Source of the DNA: Hypanus sabinus
Lineage: Eukaryota
DNA: 64,000 nucleotides
Assembly: GCF_030144855.1 (NCBI RefSeq)
Contig: NC_082707.1
Span: forward strand, 94,426,001-94,490,000
Direction: 5' to 3'
In this document: positions 63,381-64,000 of the stretch, piece after piece
Numbering within the stretch: position 1 is the stretch's first letter
How the letters are laid out: each line of letters starts with the position of its first letter
Program-made: the position numbers and the translations under genes
The notes under the pieces: generated by a model
What the model saw: only the letters and a program-made list of their open reading frames with translations
Databases searched by the model: none
Told to the model about the DNA's origin: nothing

Positions 63381-64000
63381 AGACAGAGGCCCTTTGGCCC
63401 ATCATGTTAATACTGACATCAAGTACCCTTCTTTCAAATTCCATTTACCAACACTTCAGTGCCTTAGCAGTTGTAGTGCTCATATAGACATGTCATAAGC
63501 ATTGTGAGAGTCCCTGACTCCAGAACTCTTTCTGGCTGTGGATTTCAAGCTCTGAATGAAATAAAATTCTCACATCCGCTCTTACTTCTTACTTTAAATA
63601 TCTGCCCTCTCGTTATAGATACCTCTACTGTCGGTAATATAGGGTTACTTAGTTCACAGTTGCTTCACAACAAAGTTCTTTGACCTAGGAAGCCCAAAGT
63701 TATTACGTATAGTAAAAGAGTATCACAATTCCAAACACACAGAGAAGCTTTTCCTTCACTAACGCCCTGATTGTGCAGCAGGAGAGCTTATCACAGTCTC
63801 ATGAAGGTGATTTATTGTGGGACAGGAGAGAAGGATTAATACTGAGGACCAGATAGGGATTTAAGGGCTGTACATATAAGGTAATGAGGTGTATTGACAG
63901 GGTGGTTGTATTCAGGAATTCCTCTTGGGTGAATCTGGAACAAGGGGTGTTTAGAAATGAGGCAGATGGGGAGAAATATTTCCTTCATGTTGCCAATAGT

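Overview
This is eukaryotic, repeat-dense genomic DNA, most likely from a cartilaginous fish (ray or shark). That is inferred from the CR1 + Rex1/Babar + Penelope + tRNA-headed V-SINE (HE1-like) repeat landscape, not from a database match. I can support no intact host protein-coding gene: nearly all ORFs in the track are sense or antisense fragments of decayed retroelements. Contents: many CR1-group LINE fragments (one keeps ORF1 SGNH-esterase, APE and RT remnants, 55.2-58.6 kb), several Rex1/Babar LINEs, one decayed Gypsy LTR element (13.1-16.5 kb), a rearranged Penelope-like element (GIY-YIG) with many short derivatives carrying minimal hammerhead-ribozyme motifs, V-SINEs, two 80-bp hAT-type MITEs, a 25-bp minisatellite split by insertions, and a 204-N gap. 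Between repeats lie AT-rich unique blocks rich in homeodomain/PBX-HOX/MEIS motifs, resembling conserved non-coding enhancers of a gene desert or large intron. Most notable: (1) a TSD-flanked fold-back Penelope derivative with hammerhead motifs on both strands (34.75-35.02 kb), plus at least six more degenerate dispersed copies; (2) a ~770-bp ORF-less retroposon family with an ETS/YY1 head and Rex1-type tail; (3) a template-switch inverted duplication at 1.9-2.8 kb. Boundaries were read by eye and are approximate unless a TSD or junction is quoted.
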